Shown: piece after piece, positions 1 to 11,783 of the stretch
How the letters are laid out: each line of letters opens with the position of its first letter
How positions within the stretch are numbered: position 1 is the first letter of the stretch
Assembly: GCF_041551955.1 (NCBI RefSeq)
Contig: NZ_JBFELV010000001.1
Location: forward strand, 1 to 54,467
Direction: 5' to 3'
From: Desulfosarcina sp.
GTDB taxonomy: Bacteria; Desulfobacterota; Desulfobacteria; Desulfobacterales; Desulfosarcinaceae
DNA: 54,467 nt
Program-made: the position numbers and the translations under genes
Notes under the pieces: generated by a model
Database searches by the model: none
Told to the model about the DNA's origin: nothing
Seen by the model: the letters and a program-made list of their open reading frames with translations, nothing else

Positions 1-150
<150 letters not shown>

Positions 151-181
151 TAGTTTGCAAGAGAAACGGTAAAAAATTATC

Positions 182-210
182 TTGACAATAGAAGGCTGAA
201 ACTATACTAA
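182..210 (+). promoter_or_regulatory. sigma70-type promoter for the rpsL operon
   Basis: Perfect TTGACA at 182-187; TATACT at 203-208 (15-nt spacer) or TACTAA at 205-210 (17-nt spacer). Confidence 0.6.
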
Positions 211-266
211 GTCAGTTTCTGTGCGCGAAGAATTTTGATGATCAATGATCAGTTGAAGGGGTTAAT

Positions 267-638
267 ATGCCAACAATCAACCAGCTAGTGCGTAAGGGTC
301 GGAAACGGGTTGAAAAAAAGACCAATACACCGGCGCTGAGAGGGGCACCTCAAAAACGAGGGGTGTGCACCCGTGTCTATACCTCGACACCCAAAAAACC
401 AAACTCGGCCTTGCGAAAAGTTGCCAGGGTCCGTTTAACCACCGGTGTGGAAGTGACGGCCTATATTCCTGGAATCGGGCATAACCTTCAGGAGCACTCC
501 GTGGTGCTGGTCCGGGGGGGGCGTGTCAAGGACTTGCCCGGTGTTCGGTATCATATCGTTCGTGGAACGTTGGATACCTTGGGCGTGGATGGACGGCGGC
601 AGGGGCGTTCAAAGTACGGCGCCAAGCGGCCGAAATAG
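267..638 (+). CDS. rpsL: 30S ribosomal protein S12
   Basis: [20 protein letters not shown] and [10 protein letters not shown] motifs. Confidence 0.99.
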   Translation: MPTINQLVRKGRKRVEKKTNTPALRGAPQKRGVCTRVYTSTPKKPNSALRKVARVRLTTGVEVTAYIPGIGHNLQEHSVVLVRGGRVKDLPGVRYHIVRGTLDTLGVDGRRQGRSKYGAKRPK

Positions 639-692
639 CCGCATAGAAATCAGCGGACCGACAGTCGATATTCAATGAAAATGGTGTGAGCT

Positions 693-1163
693 ATGCCAAG
701 AAGAAGAGAAGTTCCCGAACGGGTGATCATCCCGGATGCCAAACACAACAGCAAACTGGTGTCCAAGTTTATTGCCTCGCTCATGCGCGACGGGAAGAAA
801 AGTATTGCCGAATCACTGCTATACGGGGCCTTTGACATCATCAGTGAGAAAACCAATGAAGACCCGCTGAAGGTTTTCGAGAAAGCGCTGGAGAATGTGA
901 AACCGCATATTGAAGTCAAATCCCGACGCGTGGGTGGTTCCACATATCAGGTGCCTACTGAGGTTCGCCCGTCGCGGCGAACGGCTCTGGGACTTCGATG
1001 GGTTATCAGTTATGCACGGGGGCGAGGTGAAAAAGGCTTTGGCGCGAAGCTGGCCGGGGAGTTGATGGACGCCGCCAACGGGCGCGGTGCTTCCGTGAAG
1101 AAGCGAGAGGATACGCACAAGATGGCAGATGCCAACAAGGCGTTTGCCCACTTCCGCTGGTAA
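693..1163 (+). CDS. rpsG: 30S ribosomal protein S7
   Basis: MPRRR start, [24 protein letters not shown]. Confidence 0.99.
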   Translation: MPRRREVPERVIIPDAKHNSKLVSKFIASLMRDGKKSIAESLLYGAFDIISEKTNEDPLKVFEKALENVKPHIEVKSRRVGGSTYQVPTEVRPSRRTALGLRWVISYARGRGEKGFGAKLAGELMDAANGRGASVKKREDTHKMADANKAFAHFRW

Positions 1164-1289
1164 CGATCCAATTCCACTATATATTATCTGCACTAGGTTT
1201 TGAGCGCCGCACAGGCCTGCCAATTGCCTGACGATCAAAGCCTTTTGCCTTGTTGGGGTGACACTCCCCGCTAACAGGAGGACCCGGAG

Positions 1290-2483
1290 ATGGCGAAGCA
1301 AAAATTTGAGAGGACGAAGCCGCACGTAAACGTAGGAACCATCGGGCATATCGACCATGGCAAGACGACCCTGACGGCGGCGATTACGAAGTTGAGTGGA
1401 TTGAAAGGGTTGGCCGATTTTATTCCCTTTGATCAGATCGACAAGGCGCCGGAAGAAAAAGAGCGTGGGATCACCATTGCTACGGCCCATGTAGAATACC
1501 AGACGGCCACTCGCCATTATGCCCATGTGGACTGCCCGGGCCATGCGGACTACATCAAGAACATGATCACCGGCGCAGCGCAGATGGACGGTGCGATTTT
1601 GGTGGTGGGTGCCGATGACGGCCCGATGCCCCAGACGCGCGAGCACATTCTGCTGGCCCGCCAGGTGGGTGTTCCCCGGATCCTCGTGTTTTTGAACAAA
1701 TGCGACATGGTGGATGACGAGGAACTGATCGAGCTGGTGGAGTTGGAGCTGCGTGAGCTTCTGGACAAGTACGAGTTTCCCGGAGACGACACGCCGATCA
1801 TCCGCGGCAGCGCCTTGAAAGCGCTGGAGTGCGACGATGCGGATGCACCCGACGCCAAGTGCATCTTTGAGCTTCTTGACGCCATCGACAGCTACATTCC
1901 GGAACCCGAGCGCGATGTGGACAAGCCGTTTTTGATGCCCATCGAGGATGTTTTCAGCATTTCCGGTCGTGGGACGGTAGTGACTGGCCGTGTGGAGCGC
2001 GGGATCGTGCACGTGGGCGACACGGTGGAGATCGTGGGTATCCGCGATACCACGAAGACGGTGTGCACGGGTGTGGAGATGTTCCGCAAGCTGCTTGACG
2101 AAGGTCAGGCGGGCGACAACATCGGTGTTTTGCTTCGGGGGACCAAGCGCGACGAAGTGGAGCGGGGGCAGGTGGTATCGGCCCCGGGATCGATTACGCC
2201 GCACACGAAGTTCAAGGCCGAGGCCTATATTTTGAGCAAGGAAGAGGGCGGCCGGCACACGCCGTTTTTCAACGGATACCGCCCGCAGTTTTATTTCCGC
2301 ACGACTGACGTGACCGGGATACTGAATCTGCCGGAAGGCGTGGAGATGGTGATGCCGGGCGACAACGTGGCGATCACGGCCGAACTGATCACGCCGATCG
2401 CCATGGAGAAGGAGCTTCGGTTCGCCATTCGTGAAGGCGGCCGTACGGTGGGTGCCGGTGTCGTCAGCGAGATAATTGAATAA
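1290..2483 (+). CDS. tuf: Elongation factor Tu
   Basis: [28 protein letters not shown]; SD AGGAGG upstream. Confidence 0.99.
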   Translation: MAKQKFERTKPHVNVGTIGHIDHGKTTLTAAITKLSGLKGLADFIPFDQIDKAPEEKERGITIATAHVEYQTATRHYAHVDCPGHADYIKNMITGAAQMDGAILVVGADDGPMPQTREHILLARQVGVPRILVFLNKCDMVDDEELIELVELELRELLDKYEFPGDDTPIIRGSALKALECDDADAPDAKCIFELLDAIDSYIPEPERDVDKPFLMPIEDVFSISGRGTVVTGRVERGIVHVGDTVEIVGIRDTTKTVCTGVEMFRKLLDEGQAGDNIGVLLRGTKRDEVERGQVVSAPGSITPHTKFKAEAYILSKEEGGRHTPFFNGYRPQFYFRTTDVTGILNLPEGVEMVMPGDNVAITAELITPIAMEKELRFAIREGGRTVGAGVVSEIIE

Positions 2484-2500
2484 AAAGAGAGCCTATAACG

Positions 2501-2812
2501 ATGATAATGAACTCCAAGATCAGGATCCGGCTCAAGGCCTACGATCACAAGCTTCTGGACCAGTCGGCCAGCGATATATTCGACACCGCCCGCAAAACCG
2601 GGGCAAAGGTGGTGGGTCCGATTCCCTTACCGACAACCATAAATAAGTTCTGCGTCCTTCGGTCCCCTCACGTGGACAAGAAATCCAGGGAGCAGTTCGA
2701 AATGCGGACGCACAAGCGGCTGCTCGACATCCTTGAACCAACCCAGCAGACCGTAGATGCACTGATGAAGCTTGACCTGTCTCCTGGTGTTGACGTGGAG
2801 ATCAAATTATAA
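2501..2812 (+). CDS. rpsJ: 30S ribosomal protein S10
   Basis: [24 protein letters not shown]. Confidence 0.99.
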   Translation: MIMNSKIRIRLKAYDHKLLDQSASDIFDTARKTGAKVVGPIPLPTTINKFCVLRSPHVDKKSREQFEMRTHKRLLDILEPTQQTVDALMKLDLSPGVDVEIKL

Positions 2813-2840
2813 CGCGGGCTTTAACACGGGATAAGTAAAG

Positions 2841-3470
2841 ATGTGTAAAGGACTGGTAGGAAAGAAACTGGGCATGACTTCTCTGTTTGCGCCCAATGGC
2901 AAATACATCCCGGTCACCGTTTTGCAGGTGGGGCCTTGTGTGATCACCCAGGTCAAGCGTGACAAGACCGACGGATACAAGGCACTTCAATTGGGCTTCG
3001 GCGCCAGAAAAGAGGCCAAGACCACCAAGCCGCTCAAGGGGCACTTCAAAAAAAGCGGCGATGCCTGCTTTGCCACGCTAAAGGAAGTGCCGGTGGAAAA
3101 CCCGGATGATTTTACGGTGGGACAGGCCATCGGGCCCGAGATCTTTGCCATCGGTGAAAAAGTCAATGTGACCGGCATCTCAAAAGGGCGCGGGTTCTCG
3201 GGTGTCATCAAGCGCCACGGATTCGGCGGTGGAAGAGAGACCCACGGTGGGCATTGTCACCGCAGGCCCGGATCTATCGGCTGCAGCGCCTGGCCGTCAA
3301 AGGTCACCAAGGGAAAACGGTTGCCCGGACAGTACGGCGGGGATACCCATACGGTCAGAAATTTGGAAATTGTTGACATTCGCCCCGAAGAGAATCTCAT
3401 TCTGCTGAAAGGCCCCCTCCCGGGGTGCCGTTCCGGAATCGTAACGATAAACAAGGTCCTGTTCGCATAA
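2841..3470 (+). CDS. rplC: 50S ribosomal protein L3
   Basis: GKKLGMT, SKGRGFSGVIKRHGF, RRPGSIG. Confidence 0.98.
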   Translation: MCKGLVGKKLGMTSLFAPNGKYIPVTVLQVGPCVITQVKRDKTDGYKALQLGFGARKEAKTTKPLKGHFKKSGDACFATLKEVPVENPDDFTVGQAIGPEIFAIGEKVNVTGISKGRGFSGVIKRHGFGGGRETHGGHCHRRPGSIGCSAWPSKVTKGKRLPGQYGGDTHTVRNLEIVDIRPEENLILLKGPLPGCRSGIVTINKVLFA

Positions 3471-3555
3471 TCGCCAGGACTTAAGGCCACCGTCAACGCA
3501 GCGTTTCATCTCTTGGAGCGACTGGGTTGCGGGAGCGCAGTGGACGAGGAACATT

Positions 3556-4176
3556 ATGGCTGTTGTTGATGTAGTAAATATCGCCGGAGACGTCGTCTCT
3601 CAGACCGAACTGAAAGACTCGATTTTCAATGTTCCGGTTAAAAAGAGCGTCCTGCATCAGGTCGTCGTCGCCCAATTGGCTGCCAAACGGGCGGGAACGG
3701 CATCTGTCAAGCACCGGTCCGATGTCCAGGGCAGTCGCCGCAAGCTCTACCGGCAAAAAGGAACGGGACGGGCGCGAAAGGGTGACATCAAGTCCCCGAT
3801 CCTTCGAGGCGGCGGTTCGGTCTTCGGTCCCGATCCAAGAAATTACACTCAAAAGGTGCTCAAAAAGGTGCGAAAGATGGCGCTGAAGATGGCGCTGACC
3901 TGCAGAGCTCAGGACCAGCAGCTGGTCGTCGTCGACAACATTGATCTCGAAGCGGTCAAGACCAAGGTCTTTGCTGGAATCGTTAAAACCCTCAAGGCCG
4001 AAAAGGCACTGATCATCACCAGGGAGAATAACGAACGGCTGGCGCTTTCCTCCCGCAATGTGCCTGGTGTCAAGATTCTTCCGTTGCAGGGGATGAATGT
4101 TTACGACATCCTTAAATACCCCAAGCTGATTCTCGTTCAGCCGGCTATTGAAGGGATAGAGGGGAGATTGGGCTGA
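3556..4176 (+). CDS. rplD: 50S ribosomal protein L4
   Basis: [19 protein letters not shown]. Confidence 0.98.
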   Translation: MAVVDVVNIAGDVVSQTELKDSIFNVPVKKSVLHQVVVAQLAAKRAGTASVKHRSDVQGSRRKLYRQKGTGRARKGDIKSPILRGGGSVFGPDPRNYTQKVLKKVRKMALKMALTCRAQDQQLVVVDNIDLEAVKTKVFAGIVKTLKAEKALIITRENNERLALSSRNVPGVKILPLQGMNVYDILKYPKLILVQPAIEGIEGRLG

Positions 4177-4463
4177 TGAATCGGTATGACATTATAAAAC
4201 GACCCGTGATCACCGAAAAAACCAATATCCAGAAAGAGGAAAATAACCAGCTCTCTTTCGAAGTGGATATGCGCGCCAACCGCGTCGAGATTGCCCAGGC
4301 CATCGAGAGGATCTTCAGCGTTAAGGTGGCCAAGACACGCACGGTCCATGTCAAGGGAAAAATTAAGCGGCGGGGACGGATTCTGGGGAAACGCAAGGAC
4401 TGGAAAAAGGCCATCGTTACCCTGATGCCTGGTGAACGGATCGATTTCTTCGAAGGTGTATAG
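4176..4463 (+). CDS. rplW: 50S ribosomal protein L23
   Basis: [14 protein letters not shown]; start overlaps the rplD stop. Confidence 0.98.
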   Translation: MNRYDIIKRPVITEKTNIQKEENNQLSFEVDMRANRVEIAQAIERIFSVKVAKTRTVHVKGKIKRRGRILGKRKDWKKAIVTLMPGERIDFFEGV

Positions 4464-4480
4464 ACGCTAGGAGTATAACG

Positions 4481-5305
4481 ATGGCAGTTAAAAAAGTTAA
4501 ACCGACCAGCCCGGGTCGGCGTTTCCAGAGTTTCGCCGGTTTTGAAGAGGTGACCAAGACCACCCCTGAAAAAAGCCTGGTCAGAATTCTTAAGAAGTCA
4601 GGCGGCAGGAACGTCAATGGCCGTATTACCAGCAGGCGGCGGGGCGGCGGTCACAAGCGGTACTACCGAATCATCGATTTCAAGCGTGACAAGGAAGGCA
4701 TCCCTGCAAAGGTGGCCGCGATCGAATATGACCCCAACCGGTCCGCCCGCATCGCCTTGTTGCACTATGTGGATGGTGAAAAACGCTATATCATCGCGCC
4801 GCTCAAACTATCCATCGGTGACACGGTGATGTCGGGGCCTGACGCCGATATACAGCCGGGCAACGCACTGCCGCTGGCCAACATCCCTTTGGGTACACAT
4901 ATTCACAATATCGAGCTGCGGCTTGGCAAAGGTGGCCAGATCGTTCGCAGTGCCGGAACGTTCGCGCAGCTAATGGCCAAAGAAGACCGCTATGCACTGG
5001 TGAAATTGCCGTCCAGCGAAGTCCGGATGGTATTGCTCACCTGCAAGGCCACGGTCGGTCAACTGGGAAACATCACCCATGAGAACGTCTCCCTTGGTAA
5101 AGCGGGCCGTAATCGATGGAAAGGACGTCGGCCAAAGGTCCGCGGTGTGGCGATGAACCCGGTAGACCATCCCATGGGCGGCGGTGAAGGCCGTTCTTCC
5201 GGTGGCAGACATCCGTGTTCTCCCTGGGGCATGCCGACCAAAGGTTACCGCACCCGAAAGAACAAACGCACCGATCGCTACATCGTCAAACGGCGAACGA
5301 AATAG
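4481..5305 (+). CDS. rplB: 50S ribosomal protein L2
   Basis: [25 protein letters not shown]. Confidence 0.99.
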   Translation: MAVKKVKPTSPGRRFQSFAGFEEVTKTTPEKSLVRILKKSGGRNVNGRITSRRRGGGHKRYYRIIDFKRDKEGIPAKVAAIEYDPNRSARIALLHYVDGEKRYIIAPLKLSIGDTVMSGPDADIQPGNALPLANIPLGTHIHNIELRLGKGGQIVRSAGTFAQLMAKEDRYALVKLPSSEVRMVLLTCKATVGQLGNITHENVSLGKAGRNRWKGRRPKVRGVAMNPVDHPMGGGEGRSSGGRHPCSPWGMPTKGYRTRKNKRTDRYIVKRRTK

Positions 5306-5383
5306 TAATCACCCCGCTTCTGAACCAACCTGTGCCGGTCAGCGGGATATTCAGTTTGAAATGGACAATCAGCAGGAGACATC

Positions 5384-5665
5384 ATGCCCCGATCGCTAAA
5401 AAAAGGTCCTTTTATCGACCAGAAACTTTTCAAAAAAGTGTCCGCAGCACAAGGCACCCGGACCAACCAGGTAATCAAGACGTGGTCACGGCGTTCGACC
5501 ATCCTGCCCGAAATGGTCGGCATCACGCTCGCCGTTCACAACGGCCGGAAATTTCTCCCGGTGTTCGTCACTGAAAACATGGTTGGACATAAGTTAGGCG
5601 AGTTTTCTCCGACGCGGACCTACTACGGGCATGCAGCGGACAGGAAATCAAAGGTTAAAAGATAG
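5384..5665 (+). CDS. rpsS: 30S ribosomal protein S19
   Basis: [23 protein letters not shown]. Confidence 0.99.
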   Translation: MPRSLKKGPFIDQKLFKKVSAAQGTRTNQVIKTWSRRSTILPEMVGITLAVHNGRKFLPVFVTENMVGHKLGEFSPTRTYYGHAADRKSKVKR

Positions 5666-5681
5666 AAAAGGAAGGCCCTAA

Positions 5682-6023
5682 ATGGAGGTCAGAGCTACAC
5701 AACGCTATGTGCGAATTTCTCCTCAGAAAGTGAGGATGATTGTCGATGCCATCAAGGGAAAACCGGCTGAGGCAGCCATAAACGCACTGAAATTCATGCC
5801 GCAAAAATCTGCCGGCATCGTCGAAAAAATTGTTCGTTCCGCCGTTGCCAATGCGGATCAGAACACGAGCATCGACGTGGACGAGTTGATTGTCAGGAAT
5901 TTGATTGTCGATCAGGGACCGTCCCTAAAAAGGTTCAAGGCGAGGGCCAGGGGAAGAGGGGCGCGCATACTAAAAAGAACCGCGCACATTACCGTTGTGT
6001 TAGCAGAAGGTTCCGTACAGTAA
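5682..6023 (+). CDS. rplV: 50S ribosomal protein L22
   Basis: [23 protein letters not shown]. Confidence 0.98.
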   Translation: MEVRATQRYVRISPQKVRMIVDAIKGKPAEAAINALKFMPQKSAGIVEKIVRSAVANADQNTSIDVDELIVRNLIVDQGPSLKRFKARARGRGARILKRTAHITVVLAEGSVQ

Positions 6024-6035
6024 GGAGGAAACAGC

Positions 6036-6686
6036 TTGGGCCAGAAAGTCAACCCTATCTCACTGAGGCTGGGGATCGTAAAAACCTGGGAATCCCGATG
6101 GTTTGCCGGTAAAAAATATGCGGACTACATCTTTGAGGACTATCAGATTCGTAAGTTTATCAAGGAAAAACTTCATCATGCCGGCGTTGCTAAAATAGAA
6201 ATTGAACGATCGACCCGGCGGGTCAGACTACGTATCTTCACGGCCCGTCCCGGTATTGTTATCGGGAAAAAGGGCTCGGAGATCGAAAAGCTAAAGAAAC
6301 AACTTGAAGGTCGCGTGAGCCAGGAAGTTTTGATTGACATTCAGGAAGTCAGAAAACCAGAAGTGGATGCGCAACTGGTTGCAGAAAACGTGGCCATGCA
6401 GATTGAACGGCGGGTCGCCTTCAGACGGGCCATGAAGCGCGGTGTTTCCTCCGCCATGCGGTTCGGTGCCCAGGGTGTGAAGATCATCTGTTCGGGACGA
6501 CTCGGCGGTGCTGAAATGGCCCGCACCGAATGGTACCGTGAAGGACGGGTGCCATTGCACACCCTGCGGGCGGACATCGATTATGGGACCACCGAAGCCC
6601 GCACCACTTATGGAATCGTCGGAATCAAGGTGTTTGTGTTCCATGGCGAAATTCTCAAAAAGGATCAAGCCGAAATTCGTGGTTAG
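6036..6686 (+). CDS. rpsC: 30S ribosomal protein S3 (TTG start)
   Basis: [30 protein letters not shown]. Confidence 0.99.
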   Translation: MGQKVNPISLRLGIVKTWESRWFAGKKYADYIFEDYQIRKFIKEKLHHAGVAKIEIERSTRRVRLRIFTARPGIVIGKKGSEIEKLKKQLEGRVSQEVLIDIQEVRKPEVDAQLVAENVAMQIERRVAFRRAMKRGVSSAMRFGAQGVKIICSGRLGGAEMARTEWYREGRVPLHTLRADIDYGTTEARTTYGIVGIKVFVFHGEILKKDQAEIRG

Positions 6687-6704
6687 GCTTGTGGGAGATA
6701 CGAA

Positions 6705-7118
6705 ATGCTGAGCCCTAAAAAGGTCAAATATCGTAAGAGTCAAAAGGGAAGAATGAAGGGGGCCGCCTACCGGGGCAGCGATCTGAGTTTCGGTGAATTT
6801 GGATTGCAGGCCACCGATTGTGGGAAAATCTCCTCCAAGCAGATCGAGGCCGCGCGTATTGCCATGACCCGTCACGTGAAAAGGGGGGGGAAAATCTGGA
6901 TCCGCATATTCCCGGACAAACCTTATACCAAGAAGCCAGCTGAAGTCCGTATGGGTAAGGGAAAAGGCGCACCTGAAGGTTGGGTGGCTGTGATACGGCC
7001 TGGGCGCGTACTTTATGAAATGACCGGTGTCAGCCGGGAGATGGCTCAGGAGGCGCTTCGCCTCGCTGCTCACAAGCTTCCCGTTAAAACCCGGTTTGTG
7101 GAGAGGAGCGAGCTATAA
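6705..7118 (+). CDS. rplP: 50S ribosomal protein L16
   Basis: IEAARIA, RMGKGKG. Confidence 0.99.
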   Translation: MLSPKKVKYRKSQKGRMKGAAYRGSDLSFGEFGLQATDCGKISSKQIEAARIAMTRHVKRGGKIWIRIFPDKPYTKKPAEVRMGKGKGAPEGWVAVIRPGRVLYEMTGVSREMAQEALRLAAHKLPVKTRFVERSEL

Positions 7119-7321
7119 TGAAAGCGACCGAAATCAGAGACCTCAATGCCGAAGAGATTCAGCATAAGGTCCTCGACCTGAAGGAATCGCTGTTCAATCT
7201 TCGGTTTCAGCATGAAATCGGGCAGCTTGAAAATCCCAAAAAGATTGGGGAAACCAAAAAGGATCTTGCCCGGTTAAAAACCATTTTGAACGAAAAAATA
7301 CAAACCCTTACAAAAGACTAA
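7118..7321 (+). CDS. rpmC: 50S ribosomal protein L29
   Basis: LFNLRFQ...GQLENP; position in operon. Confidence 0.97.
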   Translation: MKATEIRDLNAEEIQHKVLDLKESLFNLRFQHEIGQLENPKKIGETKKDLARLKTILNEKIQTLTKD

Positions 7322-7330
7322 GATACGGTC

Positions 7331-7588
7331 ATGAAAAATCGTGGAATACAGAGACAACTCGTGGGTACCGTGGTCAGCGACAAGATGGACAAAACTGCCG
7401 TCGTGCAGGTTGAACGGCTGGTTAAACATCCTCTTTACAAGAAATACATCAGACGACGCAACAAATTCGCCGCTCACGATAATGACAATCGCTGCAACAT
7501 CGGGGACAAGGTGCTGATTACGGAATCTCGGCCGATCAGCAAGCTCAAGCGGTGGCGCATTACCGACATTATCGAAAAAGCCGTATAG
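7331..7588 (+). CDS. rpsQ: 30S ribosomal protein S17
   Basis: [24 protein letters not shown]. Confidence 0.98.
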   Translation: MKNRGIQRQLVGTVVSDKMDKTAVVQVERLVKHPLYKKYIRRRNKFAAHDNDNRCNIGDKVLITESRPISKLKRWRITDIIEKAV

Positions 7589-7606
7589 CGATAAAGGACG
7601 AAAAAC

Positions 7607-7975
7607 ATGATTCAGGCCGAAACAAAACTGACGGTGGCGGACAACTCGGGCGCGCGTGCGGTATACTGCATCAAAGTTTTAGGGGGATCCAAAAGACGGT
7701 ATGCAGGCATCGGGGACATCATCGTGGTCACGGTGAAAGAAGCCATTCCCAATGCCAAGGTCAAAAAGGGTGATGTCCTCAAGGCGGTGGTGGTCAGGAC
7801 AAAAAAGGAGATTCGCAGGCCAGATGGATCTTACATCCGTTTTGACGACAACTCCGCCGTGTTGATCAACAACCAGCGTGAGCCTTTAGGCACCCGTATC
7901 TTCGGGCCGGTTGCCAGAGAGCTTCGTGCCAAGCGATTTATGAAAATCGTATCACTTGCACCCGAGGTGCTATAA
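7607..7975 (+). CDS. rplN: 50S ribosomal protein L14
   Basis: [26 protein letters not shown]. Confidence 0.99.
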   Translation: MIQAETKLTVADNSGARAVYCIKVLGGSKRRYAGIGDIIVVTVKEAIPNAKVKKGDVLKAVVVRTKKEIRRPDGSYIRFDDNSAVLINNQREPLGTRIFGPVARELRAKRFMKIVSLAPEVL

Positions 7976-8005
7976 TTCAAGGGCCCGCTTCGTGGAGAAA
8001 ACGAA

Positions 8006-8335
8006 ATGATTCGAGACGCAATAAATATAAAAAAAGATGACAAGGTGAAGGTCATCGCCGGCAAAGATAAAGGCAAGGTTGGAAAGGTTCTCAAGGTCAG
8101 TGGGAAAAAGAACCGCCTCCTCGTCGAGAATATCAATGTCGTGAAACGGCACACGAAGCCGAACGCTCAGAATCGACAGGGAGGAATCCTTGAGAGCGAA
8201 GCACTGATCCACTGGTCCAATGTCATGTTGATGTGCAACAAGTGCATTGAGCCCGTGCGGGTGAAAACCAAAACCCTCGACGATGGCAAGAAGGTCCGCA
8301 TCTGCAGAAAATGCAGTGAAATTATAGATGCATAG
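8006..8335 (+). CDS. rplX: 50S ribosomal protein L24
   Basis: KOW motif [11 protein letters not shown]; C-terminal CNKC...CRKC. Confidence 0.98.
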   Translation: MIRDAINIKKDDKVKVIAGKDKGKVGKVLKVSGKKNRLLVENINVVKRHTKPNAQNRQGGILESEALIHWSNVMLMCNKCIEPVRVKTKTLDDGKKVRICRKCSEIIDA

Positions 8336-8369
8336 GGCCGGCTAAAAGGGAGGCTCTCGGAGGAACAAC

Positions 8370-8909
8370 ATGTCACAGCTAAAAACTTTCTATAATGAGA
8401 CAGTGGTGCCGAAACTCAAGGAGAAGTTCAACTATACCAACCCCATGCAGGTCCCAAAAATTGAAAAGATTGTGATTAACATGGGGCTGGGCGAGGCAAT
8501 CCACAACATCAAAATAATTGATTCGGCCGTCGAAGAACTCAAGCAAATCTCCGGCCAGCAGCCGGTGGTTACACGGGCCAAAAAGTCAATTGCCTCCTTC
8601 AAGCTGCGTGAAGGCATGCCGATTGGCTGCATGGTCACGCTTCGCAAAAAACGGATGTATGATTTTCTCAACAAACTGGTCAACGTGGCCCTGCCCCGTG
8701 TCAGGGACTTCAGGGGTATTTCCGGCAAAGCCTTCGACGGAGCCGGGAATTATTCGCTGGGTGTCAAGGAGCAGCTGATATTTCCTGAGATCGAATACGA
8801 CAAGATTGACAAAATCAAAGGCTTGAATGTCAGCATCGTGACGACAGCCAAAAGTAACGAAGAGGGAAAAGAACTCCTCAAGTTGATGGGGATGCCTTTC
8901 AAGAATTAA
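8370..8909 (+). CDS. rplE: 50S ribosomal protein L5
   Basis: [28 protein letters not shown]. Confidence 0.99.
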   Translation: MSQLKTFYNETVVPKLKEKFNYTNPMQVPKIEKIVINMGLGEAIHNIKIIDSAVEELKQISGQQPVVTRAKKSIASFKLREGMPIGCMVTLRKKRMYDFLNKLVNVALPRVRDFRGISGKAFDGAGNYSLGVKEQLIFPEIEYDKIDKIKGLNVSIVTTAKSNEEGKELLKLMGMPFKN

Positions 8910-8937
8910 CAAGCCTGGCAGTAACAAGGAGAGAGCA

Positions 8938-9123
8938 TTGGCGAAGACATCACTCAGACAGAAGGTAAAAAGAAAGCCGAAATTCAGCGTACGGGCATAC
9001 AACCGGTGCCCCATATGCGGAAGGCCTCGGGCATTCATCAGAAAGTTCGGAATTTGCCGAATCTGCTTCCGCAACCTGGCTTCCCAGGGCAGGCTCCCTG
9101 GTGTTGTTAAGTCCAGTTGGTAA
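8938..9123 (+). CDS. rpsN: 30S ribosomal protein S14, short Zn-binding (type Z) form (TTG start)
   Basis: 61 aa; RCPICGR...CRICFR; KSSW end. Confidence 0.97.
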   Translation: MAKTSLRQKVKRKPKFSVRAYNRCPICGRPRAFIRKFGICRICFRNLASQGRLPGVVKSSW

Positions 9124-9168
9124 TCAACAATAAGCGAATACAACAACTAATTAGAGTAGGAAACAGCG

Positions 9169-9561
9169 ATGAGCGATCCGATAGCCGACATGTTAACCCG
9201 AATCAGAAACGCCGGGAAAGCCAAGCACAATAGCGTTGATATTCCCGGATCAAAGATAAAAACAGAGGTCGCCAGGGTACTCAAAGAATCGGGGTATATC
9301 CGCAACTACAAGTTCATTAATGATGGAAAACAGGGCATCCTTCGCGTCCATCTCAAGTACACCGGGGCCCAGAAACCGACCATCATCAACATTGAACGGG
9401 TCAGCAAGCCCAGTCGGAGGACCTATCTCAACGCCAAATCCGTGATGCCCGTCTATAACGGCTTGGGAATTGCCGTCATGTCAACCTCTCAGGGGGTGAT
9501 GACCGACAAAGCGGCAAGAGAGAAAAACATCGGTGGCGAAGTGCTTTGCACGCTTTGGTAG
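9169..9561 (+). CDS. rpsH: 30S ribosomal protein S8
   Basis: DPIADMLTRIRNA, STSQGVM, GGEVL. Confidence 0.99.
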   Translation: MSDPIADMLTRIRNAGKAKHNSVDIPGSKIKTEVARVLKESGYIRNYKFINDGKQGILRVHLKYTGAQKPTIINIERVSKPSRRTYLNAKSVMPVYNGLGIAVMSTSQGVMTDKAAREKNIGGEVLCTLW

Positions 9562-9644
9562 CATGCGACATCAATTGGACAAACACCGTCCCTGGTCCGG
9601 AACTAACCCTGGTTGTCACAGGATGTAAACAAGAGGTGCGATAA

Positions 9645-10184
9645 ATGTCTCGAGTAGGCAAAAAGGTAATCATGCTCCCCGAAAAAACAAAAATAGATTT
9701 TAAAAACAGGGAGTTGGTCGTCAAGGGGGAGAAGGGCACATTGACCCGAACCATTCACCCTGCGGTCGATCTGGCAATCAAGGACAACACCATTTCCGTG
9801 ACCATCGAACAGGAAGACCGGAAAACCCGCTCTCTTCAGGGGCTGACCCGCAGCCTCGTGTCAAACATGGTTGATGGCGTCAGCAAGGGATTCGAACGAA
9901 CACTGGAGATCAATGGTATTGGCTACCGGGCTGAAATGAAGGGAAAGTCAATCGTCTTGAACCTGGGATATTCGCATCCCATCGATTTCCCCTTGCCTGA
10001 AGGCATTGATGCCACGGTCGATAAAAACAATGTCATCAAACTCACCGGTATCGATAAGGAAAAGGTCGGACAGACCGCCGCTTCGATACGAAAATTGAGA
10101 AAGCCGGAGCCTTACAAGGGCAAGGGCGTCAAATACGCCGAGGAGTACATCCAGCGCAAGGCGGGGAAAACCGGTACCAAATAA
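9645..10184 (+). CDS. rplF: 50S ribosomal protein L6
   Basis: [23 protein letters not shown]. Confidence 0.99.
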   Translation: MSRVGKKVIMLPEKTKIDFKNRELVVKGEKGTLTRTIHPAVDLAIKDNTISVTIEQEDRKTRSLQGLTRSLVSNMVDGVSKGFERTLEINGIGYRAEMKGKSIVLNLGYSHPIDFPLPEGIDATVDKNNVIKLTGIDKEKVGQTAASIRKLRKPEPYKGKGVKYAEEYIQRKAGKTGTK

Positions 10185-10249
10185 CAGTTGACGGCGCAGC
10201 ATCGTTTTACCGGACAACCGATGAATGGCGGCCATCAAAGGAATGGAAA

Positions 10250-10618
10250 ATGGGTTCAACAAAAGAAAAAAAGAAAATTTGGCTGAAGCGAAAAAAAAGA
10301 ATCAGTAAAAGGATCATCAGTACGGTGGAAAGGCCCAGGCTCTCCGTTTTTAGAAGTGCCAAGCACATTTACGGCCAGATTGTCGATGACACCACCGGCA
10401 GAACCATCGCGGCAGCCAGCAGCAACGAAAAATCGGTGAACGATCAACCCAGCTTCGAAAGCAAAGTCGCCAAAGCGGTTTTCACTGGAAAGCTGCTTGC
10501 CCAGCGGGCCATGGACAAAGGCGTCAAGAAGGTCGTTTTCGATCGCAACGGTTTTCTGTATCATGGACGCATCAAAGCCTTATCCGAAGGAGCCCGGGAA
10601 GCGGGTTTGGATTTTTAG
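10250..10618 (+). CDS. rplR: 50S ribosomal protein L18
   Basis: [20 protein letters not shown]. Confidence 0.98.
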   Translation: MGSTKEKKKIWLKRKKRISKRIISTVERPRLSVFRSAKHIYGQIVDDTTGRTIAAASSNEKSVNDQPSFESKVAKAVFTGKLLAQRAMDKGVKKVVFDRNGFLYHGRIKALSEGAREAGLDF

Positions 10619-10644
10619 CACACACCAGTTAAGGAGGCAGACCC

Positions 10645-11142
10645 TTGTTCAAGCAAGATACGGATGAAAACCAACTGATCGATAAAGTCGTGCACATCAG
10701 TCGCGTGGCCAAGGTGGTCAAGGGCGGTCGGCGCTTCAGCTTCAGCGCCATTGTGGTCGTTGGCGATGGTGAAGGAAGTGTCGGATATGGACTCGGAAAA
10801 GCAGGGGAAGTTCCTGAAGCCATCCGAAAAGGCGTCGAAAAGGCCAAAAAAAGTATGGTCAAGGTCCCGCTGACCGAGGGAACCCTACCCTTCAAGGTCG
10901 TGGGTCGATTCGGGGCGGGTCGTGTGATGTTGAAACCGGCCTCGGAAGGTACTGGGGTCATCGCGGGTGGCGCGGTGCGTGCGGTCTTGGAGGCTGTGGG
11001 CGTGCAGAACATCTTGACGAAATGCATGGGCACCAACAATCCTCACAATGTCGTCAAGGCCACCGTCGATGGTCTGAAACAACTCGAGAGCGTCGAATCC
11101 GTTGCCGCCAGGCGAGGACTCAAGGTCCAAGATCTAAGATAA
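10645..11142 (+). CDS. rpsE: 30S ribosomal protein S5 (TTG start)
   Basis: [19 protein letters not shown]. Confidence 0.99.
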   Translation: MFKQDTDENQLIDKVVHISRVAKVVKGGRRFSFSAIVVVGDGEGSVGYGLGKAGEVPEAIRKGVEKAKKSMVKVPLTEGTLPFKVVGRFGAGRVMLKPASEGTGVIAGGAVRAVLEAVGVQNILTKCMGTNNPHNVVKATVDGLKQLESVESVAARRGLKVQDLR

Positions 11143-11154
11143 GGAAAACGAACC

Positions 11155-11337
11155 ATGAGTGGAATGCTGAAAATAACCTTGGTAAAAAGCATGATCGGAC
11201 GGCCTGAAAAACACCGCAATGTGCTCCGGGGAATGGGGCTTACCAAGCTGAACCGCACCGTTGAACTGCAAAATACACCATCCGTGAGAGGGATGGTTGA
11301 AAAGGTATCCCACCTGGTGGTTGCCGAGGAGAAATAA
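11155..11337 (+). CDS. rpmD: 50S ribosomal protein L30
   Basis: ITLVKSMIG, RGMVEKVSHLV. Confidence 0.97.
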   Translation: MSGMLKITLVKSMIGRPEKHRNVLRGMGLTKLNRTVELQNTPSVRGMVEKVSHLVVAEEK

Positions 11338-11340
11338 TCC

Positions 11341-11781
11341 ATGAGACTCAACGATTTGGCACCTGAAAAGGGTCAGCGTAAATCAAGAAAACGCGTCGGA
11401 CGCGGTGTCGCCTCTGGTTCCGGGAAAACGGCAGGAAAAGGTAGCAAAGGTCAGAACTGCCGTTCAGGCGGCGGCGTAAGACCCGGATATGAAGGCGGTC
11501 AAATGCCGATTCATCGCCGCCTGCCCAAGCGCGGTTTTAAAAACCATTTCAAGAAAACCTACGCCATCGTTAACGTCAAGGATTTAAACCGTTTTGAATC
11601 CCAGGCGGTGGTCGATGAAGTCGCCTTGATCAAAAGCGGCCTGGTAAAGGGCGATCGGGATGGCATCAAAGTCCTGGGGAACGGGGAGGTGACGGTTCCC
11701 GTGACGGTTCGGATCAACCATATCAGCGACAGCGCCAGACAAAAAATTGAGGCCGTTGGCGGAAAGATAGAGGTTATCTGA
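11341..11781 (+). CDS. rplO: 50S ribosomal protein L15
   Basis: [19 protein letters not shown]. Confidence 0.99.
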   Translation: MRLNDLAPEKGQRKSRKRVGRGVASGSGKTAGKGSKGQNCRSGGGVRPGYEGGQMPIHRRLPKRGFKNHFKKTYAIVNVKDLNRFESQAVVDEVALIKSGLVKGDRDGIKVLGNGEVTVPVTVRINHISDSARQKIEAVGGKIEVI

Positions 11782-11783
11782 AC

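Noticed and set aside
819-2258. 479-aa minus-strand ORF, and similar long antisense ORFs (20436-22085, 22385-23689, 33914-34879, 42979-43908, 45751-46662)
   Set aside because: They are shadows of well-supported genes on the opposite strand, as expected from GC-rich codon bias, and contain no recognisable motifs.
3471-3555. Structured spacers inside the ribosomal operon (also 5306-5383 and 9562-9644) as autoregulatory RNAs
   Set aside because: Imperfect hairpins are possible, but I could not match them to a known r-protein leader and have no comparative support.
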